From the NCBI GenBank assembly GCA_964572845.1, contig CAZNFX010000002.1, forward strand, positions 49,123 through 113,122: a stretch of DNA of 64,000 nucleotides, written 5' to 3'. The DNA is from an uncultured Pseudomonadales bacterium. GTDB lineage: Bacteria > Pseudomonadota > Gammaproteobacteria > Pseudomonadales > Azotimanducaceae. Shown one piece after another: positions 55,882 through 63,665 of the stretch. Position 1 is the first letter of the stretch, and every line of letters begins with the position of its first letter. The notes beneath the pieces are model-generated. The model was not told the DNA's origin. It did no database searches and was given only the letters and a program-made list of their open reading frames with translations. A program made the translations under genes and the position numbers.

Positions 55882-58071
55882 TTAGTGCGAGTTATTTGAG
55901 TCAAGAGCGTTTCTCGTCGAGTCAAGACCTCGCATCACGTTCTTGACCACAGCCATTCCCACGTCATTGTCTGGCGTCATGATCGAATGGGGGTGGAATT
56001 GTACGGCGGATATTGGCAGTTCGGGGTGCTCGACCGCCATTACGATGCCTTCGTCGCTTTCGGCTGTGATCGTAAGTGCATCGGGGAACGTGCCGATATC
56101 AGCATAAAGCAGGTCATACCGCCCTGCCCTGAACTCTTCACTCAAACCTTCAAAGAGTCGACCTCCCTGCACTTTGACCATGGACGACTCGCCGTGAGTT
56201 GGTGTCGGCAGCACCGATAACCCGCCGCCGTAGAACTCGACAATACCTTGCAACCCGAGACACACTCCGAACAGGGGAATTCCGGCCCGAATGGCCGCGT
56301 CGATTGTCTCGGACATGCCGAAGTCCCCCGGACGCCCGGGACCTGGAGAGAGCACGACAAGATCCGGATTCTCGTCGCTGATCCGCTGGCGCAGAAAATC
56401 CGAACGGTACGTCTTCACCTCAGCGCCGGTACGTCGGAAGTAGCCGGCCAAAGCGTGCACGAACGAATCTTCGTGGTCGACCACAATCACTCGCTTCCCG
56501 ACACCGGGTTGATCTGTGGTTGTTTCGATACGTGGACTGCTAGTGTCGTCACCAAGGCGAATTGCATCGAGCAAGGCCGATGCCTTCAGTCGTGTCTCCG
56601 CCTCCTCCTCGTCAGGGTCGGAGCCATATACCAACGCCGCGCCAGCCCTCACTTCGGCGACTCCGTGCTTGATCTGTACGGTGCGCAACGTCAGCCCCGT
56701 ATCAATGGAGCCGTCGAACCCGAAAAAGCCGATGGCCCCACCATACCATCGCCGCGGCAAACGCTCATGGTCCTCGATGAACTGGATGGCATGGCGCTTC
56801 GGAGACCCGGTGACGGTGACTGCCCACGTGTGGGCGAGGAAGCCGTCGAGTGCGTCGTATCCTTTGCGCAAGCGCCCTTTGACATGTTCGACCGTGTGGA
56901 TCACTCGTGAGTACATCTCGATTTGGCGATGTCCGATAACTCTGACACTTTCCGCTTCGCACACCCGGTACTTGTCTGCGCGGTCGACGTCCGTACACAT
57001 GGTGAGCTCGGACTCAGCCTTCTCCGAGTTCAGTAGAGCCTGAATCTGGCGTGCATCCTCGGTCGCGTCGTTGCCGCGCGCGACCGTACCCGCGATGGGA
57101 CAACTTTCGATACGCCGGCCCTTGGCACGCATGTACATTTCTGGCGACGCTGCGACTAAGTACTCCTTCTCACCGAGGTGCATCAGCGCGCCATAGGGGG
57201 CGGGGTTTCGTTTCCGCAGCCGCCGGTAAAGTTCCGATGGTGGTGTGGCACAGGGCTCGAAGAAAGTCTGGCTTGGCGTGACTCCGAAGAGATCGCTGCG
57301 GCGGAACGCCTCGGTGGCGTCTCGCACGGTAGCTGCATACTCTCCAGGAGCATGATCGCACTCTCGTACACGCGTACTTGCCGCCATGTATGGCGTTCGT
57401 TTGCCAGAACGCTCAAGTCCATCCGTGCGCTTTCCATTTACCTCGAATTCGTACCGATATCGGGTTCCTCCTCCACCCTGATGGTCAACGACCAGGAGGT
57501 TGTCGGGCAGAAACAGCACCAGATTGCGCTCGCTCTCGTCGCGAGGCATTGAGAGTCGGATAGGATCGAACTGGAACGCGAGTTCATAGCCAAGAGCGCC
57601 ATAGAGTCCGAGATGATCGTCCTCGGGGCTGCGGAAGAGATTGATGATCGCTCGCACCACCGAGAAAATCGTAGGGTGCTTGCCGCGCATCTCCTCTGGA
57701 AGCAACTCTTCCGAGAAACGCACTCTTCCCATTACTGTGTCTTCGTCTGCCTCAAATGATTCGATGGCATCGCAGGCTCGCAATGCCGAAGTTACGGCGG
57801 GAATAAGCACTGTGCCGCGATCGTTACATGCCCGGATTTCGAACCCACGTTGGCGTCCGGTGAGACACAGCGCGGGATCGCAGAAGCCGATGTCCCGGTG
57901 GGTGTAGCGTCCGGGGTACTCGAACGACGAGGTGAGCAGCACGCCCAGTCGCTCGTCTAGCTTTGCCGCGAGCGCATCGGTGGCGTCCGGCTGAGATTCG
58001 AGCCGGGCGGTACGCGTGATAGCGATATTGCCGCCAGTCAGGTAGGTCTTCGATTGGCTATCACTCACCAT
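55882..58071 (-). CDS. trpE: anthranilate synthase, fused components I and II, TrpE(G)
   Basis: 729 aa. The chorismate-binding core has GAIGFFGFDGS and LRT. The C-terminal GATase has the FGVCLGLQG active-site Cys and VQFHPHS. Confidence 0.9.
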   Translation of the reverse strand: MVSDSQSKTYLTGGNIAITRTARLESQPDATDALAAKLDERLGVLLTSSFEYPGRYTHRDIGFCDPALCLTGRQRGFEIRACNDRGTVLIPAVTSALRACDAIESFEADEDTVMGRVRFSEELLPEEMRGKHPTIFSVVRAIINLFRSPEDDHLGLYGALGYELAFQFDPIRLSMPRDESERNLVLFLPDNLLVVDHQGGGGTRYRYEFEVNGKRTDGLERSGKRTPYMAASTRVRECDHAPGEYAATVRDATEAFRRSDLFGVTPSQTFFEPCATPPSELYRRLRKRNPAPYGALMHLGEKEYLVAASPEMYMRAKGRRIESCPIAGTVARGNDATEDARQIQALLNSEKAESELTMCTDVDRADKYRVCEAESVRVIGHRQIEMYSRVIHTVEHVKGRLRKGYDALDGFLAHTWAVTVTGSPKRHAIQFIEDHERLPRRWYGGAIGFFGFDGSIDTGLTLRTVQIKHGVAEVRAGAALVYGSDPDEEEAETRLKASALLDAIRLGDDTSSPRIETTTDQPGVGKRVIVVDHEDSFVHALAGYFRRTGAEVKTYRSDFLRQRISDENPDLVVLSPGPGRPGDFGMSETIDAAIRAGIPLFGVCLGLQGIVEFYGGGLSVLPTPTHGESSMVKVQGGRLFEGLSEEFRAGRYDLLYADIGTFPDALTITAESDEGIVMAVEHPELPISAVQFHPHSIMTPDNDVGMAVVKNVMRGLDSTRNALDSNNSH

Positions 58072-58686
58072 ATCGGTCTCCGACGATCCGTGAAAGCAGT
58101 GCGTGCAAATGCTTTCAAATTTGTGAAATCATAGGGCGTTCATTTTGAATTACGAAGTCAAGAGTGGGAGTCTGGCTTTTCGATCTGACACGGGCGAGGC
58201 TGAAATGTCTCGTCGTCCAGTAGCCGGCTCACCAGCTTGCAGCGCAGCTCCGCAATGAACTTGCCGCTGTGAACAGGCCTATGTGATCCCATTTTTGAGA
58301 ATCTCATCCATCTAGCGTCAATTGTCATTTCGATTTCGCCTATCTCATGCCACGCGGCAACGCCTTCCCGGCTGTCTCACAAATCGTTTCCCTTAGGCGA
58401 TTCGGGAGGTTGAAATCCACTCCTTGGATTTGTCAGAGATGAGACATGTAAGCAATAAGAGCCCCGTTAGGAGTCCTTGCTGAGAAGAGTGAATTGCGAC
58501 TTTAGAGACAACTGAGTAGAGCATCGGGTGCTTCAGAACGCTGCTAGCAATATTGCGGTGCCTAATGCGTTGGCTCGATATAGCACGTGTACAAGCAAGC
58601 ACTTCGATCGAGTCAATCGTCAGCAGATCGGCAACCTTCATGCAACTCGATCCAATCGGATTACAGTCTTAACAGCAATCTCGGTT

Positions 58687-59268
58687 TTATTCCTCTCGTT
58701 CGTTAGACTCCTCATGGGTTCCTACTTTGGATTCTTGATCCATCGCTGAATTTAGCTCATCAACCTGCTCCATCTTTGACTTGAGCTCGTCAAGCTGCTC
58801 AAGAAGAGCTTGTGTTGCTCTATCGTAGTCGCGTTCGTGGTTGGCAGAGCAGAGATGGGTGTAAAGTACTTCAACGTCCTTTTCGTCTCTTTCGATCTTG
58901 CGAGCTTTTGCAAATACCACGAAGCGGTTGCCGACGACAAATGGATAACCACAAGTTGGCACATCTAATGCGGTCAAAACGGTCTTCTTGGTTGCGTCTG
59001 TACCTTTCCACACTTTATCCAAATCGAGCTCAACTTCCACGGTTGAAAGATAGTCTTGCTCGCCCCATTTGATGCGTCGTTCATCCTCTATTTGATCAAC
59101 TCGCAAGACTTCTCCGGAAAATACCACATCAGAATTCTGAAAGTCTGCCTCTACCGTTGGAAAATCGCACTTGCAGGACCATGCGCTAAATGCACATAGC
59201 AGTAGCAGCAAACTGAGAATTGCAGAAACAAGCCTTGCGTGCCTGTTAGTCGTATGCTGATTTGTCAT
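58687..59268 (-). CDS. secreted TIMP/netrin (NTR)-like OB-fold protein with an acidic coiled-coil tail
   Basis: Signal peptide ...LLCAFSAWS, then CKCDFPTVEADFQNSDVVFSGEV ... LDKVWKG ... PTCGYPFVVGNRFVVFAK ... HLCSAN. This pattern parallels the N-domain of animal TIMPs as I remember them. Confidence 0.6.
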   Translation of the reverse strand: MTNQHTTNRHARLVSAILSLLLLLCAFSAWSCKCDFPTVEADFQNSDVVFSGEVLRVDQIEDERRIKWGEQDYLSTVEVELDLDKVWKGTDATKKTVLTALDVPTCGYPFVVGNRFVVFAKARKIERDEKDVEVLYTHLCSANHERDYDRATQALLEQLDELKSKMEQVDELNSAMDQESKVGTHEESNEREE

Positions 59269-59477
59269 GTTGGGATTGAGTAGGATTGAGGTTGATTTCA
59301 ATTGGTTTGTAGAGCGATACATACTTGCAGATCAACCTCGATAGAAACTGTCGTTAGACTCTTTAAACATGCCAAGAGTTTCGAGTCGTTCGAGTTAACA
59401 CAGGCAAGTGGTTGGAATTAAGCGGAGGTTTAACAAGTAGGGCGAATCGGCGATTGAATCCGATTGCATTGGTTGGG

Positions 59478-60035
59478 TTAAGCCTCTTGATCAGCGACGT
59501 CTTGGTCGCGAACTTCTTCATTCTCCATTTGCATGTTCGACTTGAGAGCGTCGAGTTGCTTGAAGAGACCCTCGGTTACCGATGAGTCGTCGAGCTTCTT
59601 GTTTGCGGAACATCCGTCTGTGTAATAGTGCTCAGAGACGTCGCTACCTGAAGTGTCTTGCTGTGTATTGGCGAATATCACATAGCGGTCTCCAACAGAA
59701 AATCGCATGATTGCACAAATAAACCCATAATCGCTGGAAGGAGTAGTAATCGCAATCGTGTCGCCGTCTACTCCTTTCCATTTCCTATCCAGTTTGAAAT
59801 GGACAGTCAGTGTTGCGTCTTCGCTCGACTGGACGGATTCTTTACTTTGTTCCTCCTCTTTGTCATCAACTGCCGAGACTGTTCCTGCGAACACAACATC
59901 GTTTGCCTGAAAATCCTCTTCTACTGTTGGAATTGCACATCGTGCCCATGAACTGAGAGCAAAAAGTAGTAGTAACACACTGCAAGCCAGTGAGGCATTG
60001 CTCGATAAACTCTTCTTCACGTTCAAAATATCCAT
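59478..60035 (-). CDS. paralogue of the TIMP/NTR-like protein that has lost the first Cys of the CxC
   Basis: ...SSWARCAIPTVEEDFQANDVVFAGTV ... LDRKWKG ... GFICAIMRFSVGDRYVIFAN ... GCSAN, with the same LxxQLDxLKSxM tail. Confidence 0.55.
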   Translation of the reverse strand: MDILNVKKSLSSNASLACSVLLLLFALSSWARCAIPTVEEDFQANDVVFAGTVSAVDDKEEEQSKESVQSSEDATLTVHFKLDRKWKGVDGDTIAITTPSSDYGFICAIMRFSVGDRYVIFANTQQDTSGSDVSEHYYTDGCSANKKLDDSSVTEGLFKQLDALKSNMQMENEEVRDQDVADQEA

Positions 60036-60438
60036 GCTCTGAATCCGTTTCAGACAGGCTCCAGCCCCTACCGATATGTCAAGAATGTTACCATTCTTGA
60101 TCTATATAGCCAAGTTGAGAACAGCCGACTCATCGTGTCTTTCGCGCGCTCACGTTGGATGTGAGTTGCAGCAACAATCTGCAATAAATGCTGTCTTGCC
60201 CCAATTGGATTGAAACTACTTCCTAAGACTCCGTCAGTGTCGATTAGTTTCTAGTCACAAGTTCCTGATTCACGCGACTACGCTCTCAGCACTGGCTAAG
60301 CGAATGGGCACGCTAACCCAATCTCCCTCCTCCCCTGGGTTCAATACGATTCAATCGGTGTCGACAATGTTGTTGGAGTAGTCTTGAAAAGACAATCATA
60401 TGATAGGGTATACTTCATGATTCAAAGAGCTGAATGGA

Positions 60439-60849
60439 ATGTCATTATCAAATGATGACTGCTCCATGAAGCGTATTGACATCCAAGTATTGAATATGAG
60501 CATTAGGAAATCGATTCGTCGTCAATTGATCACCCTTGCGCGGCGCTCGCGAGCTAGAGAAGTTCTTTGGTCTGCTTCAGCACCAATCGACTGAAGACCT
60601 CACACAGTTCGAAATCCCCACGGCGAACTGTACCGGTACTTCAATGATGCCAGTGCATGGGAACTCATTGCATCGAGATTGGAGGAAGGTTGCTGCGTAG
60701 AGGAAGTCCTCATGTTCAGACCAAGAGGGTCGAAGGCGTACGTCATGTTGTTGCAAATCGATCCTAGCGATAGGCCGGTGTATGCAAAAGTTCAATTAGG
60801 AGCAGGCAAGATATTTGGTAGGAGTTTCCATTACTCGACAAGACACTAG
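60439..60849 (+). pseudogene. toxin-position ORF (136 codons) interrupted by an in-frame TGA at 60592-60594
   Basis: Hand translation gives MSLSNDDCSMKRIDIQVLNMSIRKSIRRQLITLARRSRAREVLWSASAPID*RPHTVRNPHGELYRYFNDASAWELIASRLEEGCCVEEVLMFRPRGSKAYVMLLQIDPSDRPVYAKVQLGAGKIFGRSFHYSTRH*. It ends 12 nt before the MqsA-like gene. The tail is reminiscent of MqsR (...VYLKI......VSFKEK), but only weakly. Confidence 0.35.
60604..60631 (+). other. perfect 8-bp stem-loop (ACAGTTCG-N12-CGAACTGT) 9 nt downstream of the in-frame TGA
   Basis: Read directly from the sequence. Confidence 0.6.
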
Positions 60850-60861
60850 GGAGTCTTTACC

Positions 60862-61419
60862 TTGAATTCAACACACTCGCACGACTCGTCAGAGCTAATA
60901 ACATCGGGCGGCTACAACACATGCCCAAGCTGTGAAGCATGTGAACTAACCTGTTCGATACAGCACATCGAGTTTGAATATGGCAGCGGCGACTCAGCGG
61001 TTCTACTCAATGCCGAAGTTCCCATTTACTACTGTGCAATCTGCGATATTCACATTCTTGACTACAAAGCAGAGGAAATCAAACACAACACGCTGTGTGC
61101 GCACTTCGGTGTCCTCAATCCAGCCGACATCGTCCAGCTGCGCAAATCCTACGGAATGTCCAGAGCTGAGTTCGCTCGAATATTGGGTGTTGGTGAAGCA
61201 TCACTCAATCGATGGGAAAAAGGCATCAACATTCAAAACTATGCGAACGATCGCTATCTTCGCCTCTTGCAAGATCCCAACACAATGGCCCGACTCAAGA
61301 AGCTGGTCGCAGGCCAGAGGAACAATACAGGTACTCAAACGCCCGCGTTTCGTTGTTTGTCGTTGAACTCAGCAGTTATGGACAGGCAACGAGAGTTTCA
61401 ACTTAGGCTATCGATTTAG
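60862..61419 (+). CDS. MqsA/YgiT-type antitoxin-like protein: Zn-ribbon + XRE HTH
   Basis: CPSC...CAIC zinc ribbon, then LRKSYGMSRAEFARILGVGEASLNRWEKG. TTG start 9 nt after GGAG. Confidence 0.75.
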   Translation: MNSTHSHDSSELITSGGYNTCPSCEACELTCSIQHIEFEYGSGDSAVLLNAEVPIYYCAICDIHILDYKAEEIKHNTLCAHFGVLNPADIVQLRKSYGMSRAEFARILGVGEASLNRWEKGINIQNYANDRYLRLLQDPNTMARLKKLVAGQRNNTGTQTPAFRCLSLNSAVMDRQREFQLRLSI

Positions 61420-62267
61420 TGATCGTCGCTACCTTCTATTCCTATAAGGGTGGTGTCGGTCGCACGATGGCACTTGTCAACTGTGGAGTAGAACTCGCGC
61501 GGCGAGGCAAGAAGGTCTTATTGGTCGATTTTGATCTCCGGGCACCTGGACTGAGTTCCTTCTCAGTGCTAGGAGTGAGTGCGAGTGCACGAGGAGTCAC
61601 CGACTTCGTACGCGATTTCTTGAACACCAACCAGTCACCTGATGTCGCAAGCTACATTTCGCATTGCCCGGCCACCCGTTTCCGTGGTGGAGAAGTGGCG
61701 GTCATGTCTGCAGGGTCAGGAGCATGCAAATCTAAGAAGCAGTCCGTTGAAGTTGACTGGAACGAACTCTATAGCCATAGACATGGTTTCCTCCTCCTCG
61801 AGGATCTCAAGGAACAATGGCGAAGAGTGATCGAACCGGACTTTGTGCTCGTCGACTGTCAATCGGGTCATTCGGACATAGGGAGCATTTGTACTCGCCA
61901 GCTCCCTGAGCTGGTCGTATTGTTTTACCTTCCGAACGGCGAGAACTTGGCTGGCATCAAGCGGACGGTTGACAACATCAGGTTGCAATCGCAGGAACAA
62001 AACAGCAATGCGATACGACTTTCCTTTGCAATGTCCAACATTCCGGACCTGGACGAAGACTCCTCAACACTGAACAAGACCCTAAAGCAATTTCAAGACC
62101 TCATGCACGCCACCGAACCTTTGATCACTATCCATAGATACCACAGCATTTCATTGTTGAGTCAAGCCGTTTTTGCAATTGACCGGCCCAAAAGCAGACT
62201 TGCAGAGGAGTATCGAAACCTTGCGGACATGATCGAAGAACAGAGCGTGAATCGTCAAACTGATTGA
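61419..62267 (+). CDS. ParA/MinD-fold P-loop ATPase with variant Walker A KGGVGRT
   Basis: MIVATFYSYKGGVGRTMALVN..LARRGKKVLLVDFDLRAPG, and a Walker B-like FVLVDCQSG. GTG start overlaps the upstream TAG (TAGTG). Confidence 0.8.
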   Translation: MIVATFYSYKGGVGRTMALVNCGVELARRGKKVLLVDFDLRAPGLSSFSVLGVSASARGVTDFVRDFLNTNQSPDVASYISHCPATRFRGGEVAVMSAGSGACKSKKQSVEVDWNELYSHRHGFLLLEDLKEQWRRVIEPDFVLVDCQSGHSDIGSICTRQLPELVVLFYLPNGENLAGIKRTVDNIRLQSQEQNSNAIRLSFAMSNIPDLDEDSSTLNKTLKQFQDLMHATEPLITIHRYHSISLLSQAVFAIDRPKSRLAEEYRNLADMIEEQSVNRQTD

Positions 62268-62432
62268 TCTAAAACAGCGAAACGTTCTAACCGAGAGATG
62301 GCGATAGTCAGATTATGACTTGCACATCAAAAACCGTCTCTTGTCAACTGCTTTATTCTTGCATCCGAGAAGAATGAAGGGCAACGCCTCAAGATTAACG
62401 AGACGCTTCAATTGTTGGTTGGCCAATGGAAC

Positions 62433-63650
62433 CTAGTAGCCTGAGGACTGTTGACCGCCTTGGGGATTGACCGTTTCGGTCAGTTCCTTGTCTGCTGCAA
62501 TCACGGTATTCCCTATGCGGTTCAGCATCAAGCTTTCGACTTCGTAGAACTCGCGCATAGTCAGTTGATTGACGACATCGCTCTTCAGGTATTGTCGATA
62601 GGATCCGGTAGTGTCGAAAAACGGCATCATGAAGTGCGGAATGATGGCTTGCAACATAGCGCCACGCAGCCGGTTTGTACGATTCACGCCCGCACGATGC
62701 CAGGTTCTGGCATCGTAGAGAATGATGCTCCCAGCAGGCGCGTCCACAATATCTGCGTCCGGACCGTTGTAAGGCAGTCCGTGTTCCTTTCTATATCCGC
62801 GCGGGAAGTACATGGTTCCTGTTCCCCACTCTGATGGAGGTCCCCGGTGCAGTTTGCTAGAACCCAGCTTGAAGGCGGTTGCACCTCCCTCTTTGGTGAA
62901 GGGAGAAATGCATATGTTGCGCTGAACTCCAAGAACTAGCTCTTGCGCACTATGTATCGGCACTCGACCGCTGGTCCCTTCTCGAGCGATACCCCAGAGA
63001 TAAGGGAAGTCCGAGTGCCAGCCCTGCACATCGCGCTCGCCATCGTCAGGACTCAAGATCGCCAGACTGGGAGAATGGGCGAATCTGATTTGATTCGTAC
63101 CCATGTATTCGCGCGTGACCCATAGCGACACTGGTTCCGCGGCGGTTTGACCGACAGCAACATGCTGTGCAATAGGATTGTGTCTATTGGGTACATCCTG
63201 CCCTTCGTACATGCCTGTCCCTGACACCTTCTCGAGACCATCGACCACTTCTGGTCGGAGAATTGACGTCATGCACACCCAGCCGTGCTCGTGCATGTGA
63301 CTTAGATAGGTAGACGGGAGTTGAGCGGGGCCTCTGACAATACTCAATTCACAAGCCTTGCCGCTTGGGTCGTCGTCGTTCTTTACCAGCTCGCCGCGAT
63401 GGGTTGCATTGACTTTTCCGGATTCAGACGAAGCTACAACGACTGTCTCACCACTCGCCACGTGGCGAAACTCAGTTCCGCCGTTTAAGGATTCCCAAAC
63501 AATTTGATCGTCGCCGACGCAGGAAATGCACAACTCACCACTGTCATTGACGGCTAAATACGCACCATCTTCAAACTCCAGGTAACTGAAGAATCGTTCC
63601 GGCTCTTCGAATTTTGTAACCTTTTCGGCAAATTGCTCTTCGTTCGGCAT
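62433..63650 (-). CDS. PhyH-family Fe(II)/2OG dioxygenase with an extra N-terminal domain of about 130 aa
   Basis: GWHSDFPY (H-x-D), GGATAFKLGSS and ARTWHRAGVNRTN. The N-terminal domain is unassigned. Confidence 0.7.
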   Translation of the reverse strand: MPNEEQFAEKVTKFEEPERFFSYLEFEDGAYLAVNDSGELCISCVGDDQIVWESLNGGTEFRHVASGETVVVASSESGKVNATHRGELVKNDDDPSGKACELSIVRGPAQLPSTYLSHMHEHGWVCMTSILRPEVVDGLEKVSGTGMYEGQDVPNRHNPIAQHVAVGQTAAEPVSLWVTREYMGTNQIRFAHSPSLAILSPDDGERDVQGWHSDFPYLWGIAREGTSGRVPIHSAQELVLGVQRNICISPFTKEGGATAFKLGSSKLHRGPPSEWGTGTMYFPRGYRKEHGLPYNGPDADIVDAPAGSIILYDARTWHRAGVNRTNRLRGAMLQAIIPHFMMPFFDTTGSYRQYLKSDVVNQLTMREFYEVESLMLNRIGNTVIAADKELTETVNPQGGQQSSGY

Positions 63651-63665
63651 TTCTTTCGTTCTTGT

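Noticed and set aside
51315-58071. Possible high-GC island covering the permease, quinone oxidoreductase, SBP and trpE(G) genes.
   Set aside because: Hand counts of single 60-nt lines gave 58-72% here. However, polA lines also gave about 58% and the SBP gene about 53%. The difference from the backbone is not supportable without a proper sliding-window computation.
58072-58400. Looked for a trpL-like attenuator (a short ORF with tandem Trp codons plus a terminator hairpin) upstream of trpE(G).
   Set aside because: Minus-strand reading shows only short ORFs with no Trp codons (MNAL*, MISQI*, and a 44-aa MGSHRPVHSGKFIAELRCKLVSRLLDDETFQPRPCQIEKPDSHS*). There is no GC hairpin followed by a U-run.
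58393-58641. Listed 82-aa ORF (MKVADLLTIDSIEV...) in the spacer between trpE(G) and the TIMP-like gene.
   Set aside because: There is no ribosome-binding site, and the C-terminal half is hydrophobic and low-complexity. The only family hint is a vague CBS-like first 15 residues. It may be a remnant, but I cannot support a gene call.
58653-59466. A shared 10-mer (AATCCGATTG and its complement) downstream of both TIMP-like genes. Also a 6-bp hairpin AATCGG-N9-CCGATT at 59445-59465.
   Set aside because: The 10-mer is too short and lies in opposite orientation relative to the two co-oriented genes. The hairpin has no U-run. Neither is convincing as a repeat element or an intrinsic terminator.
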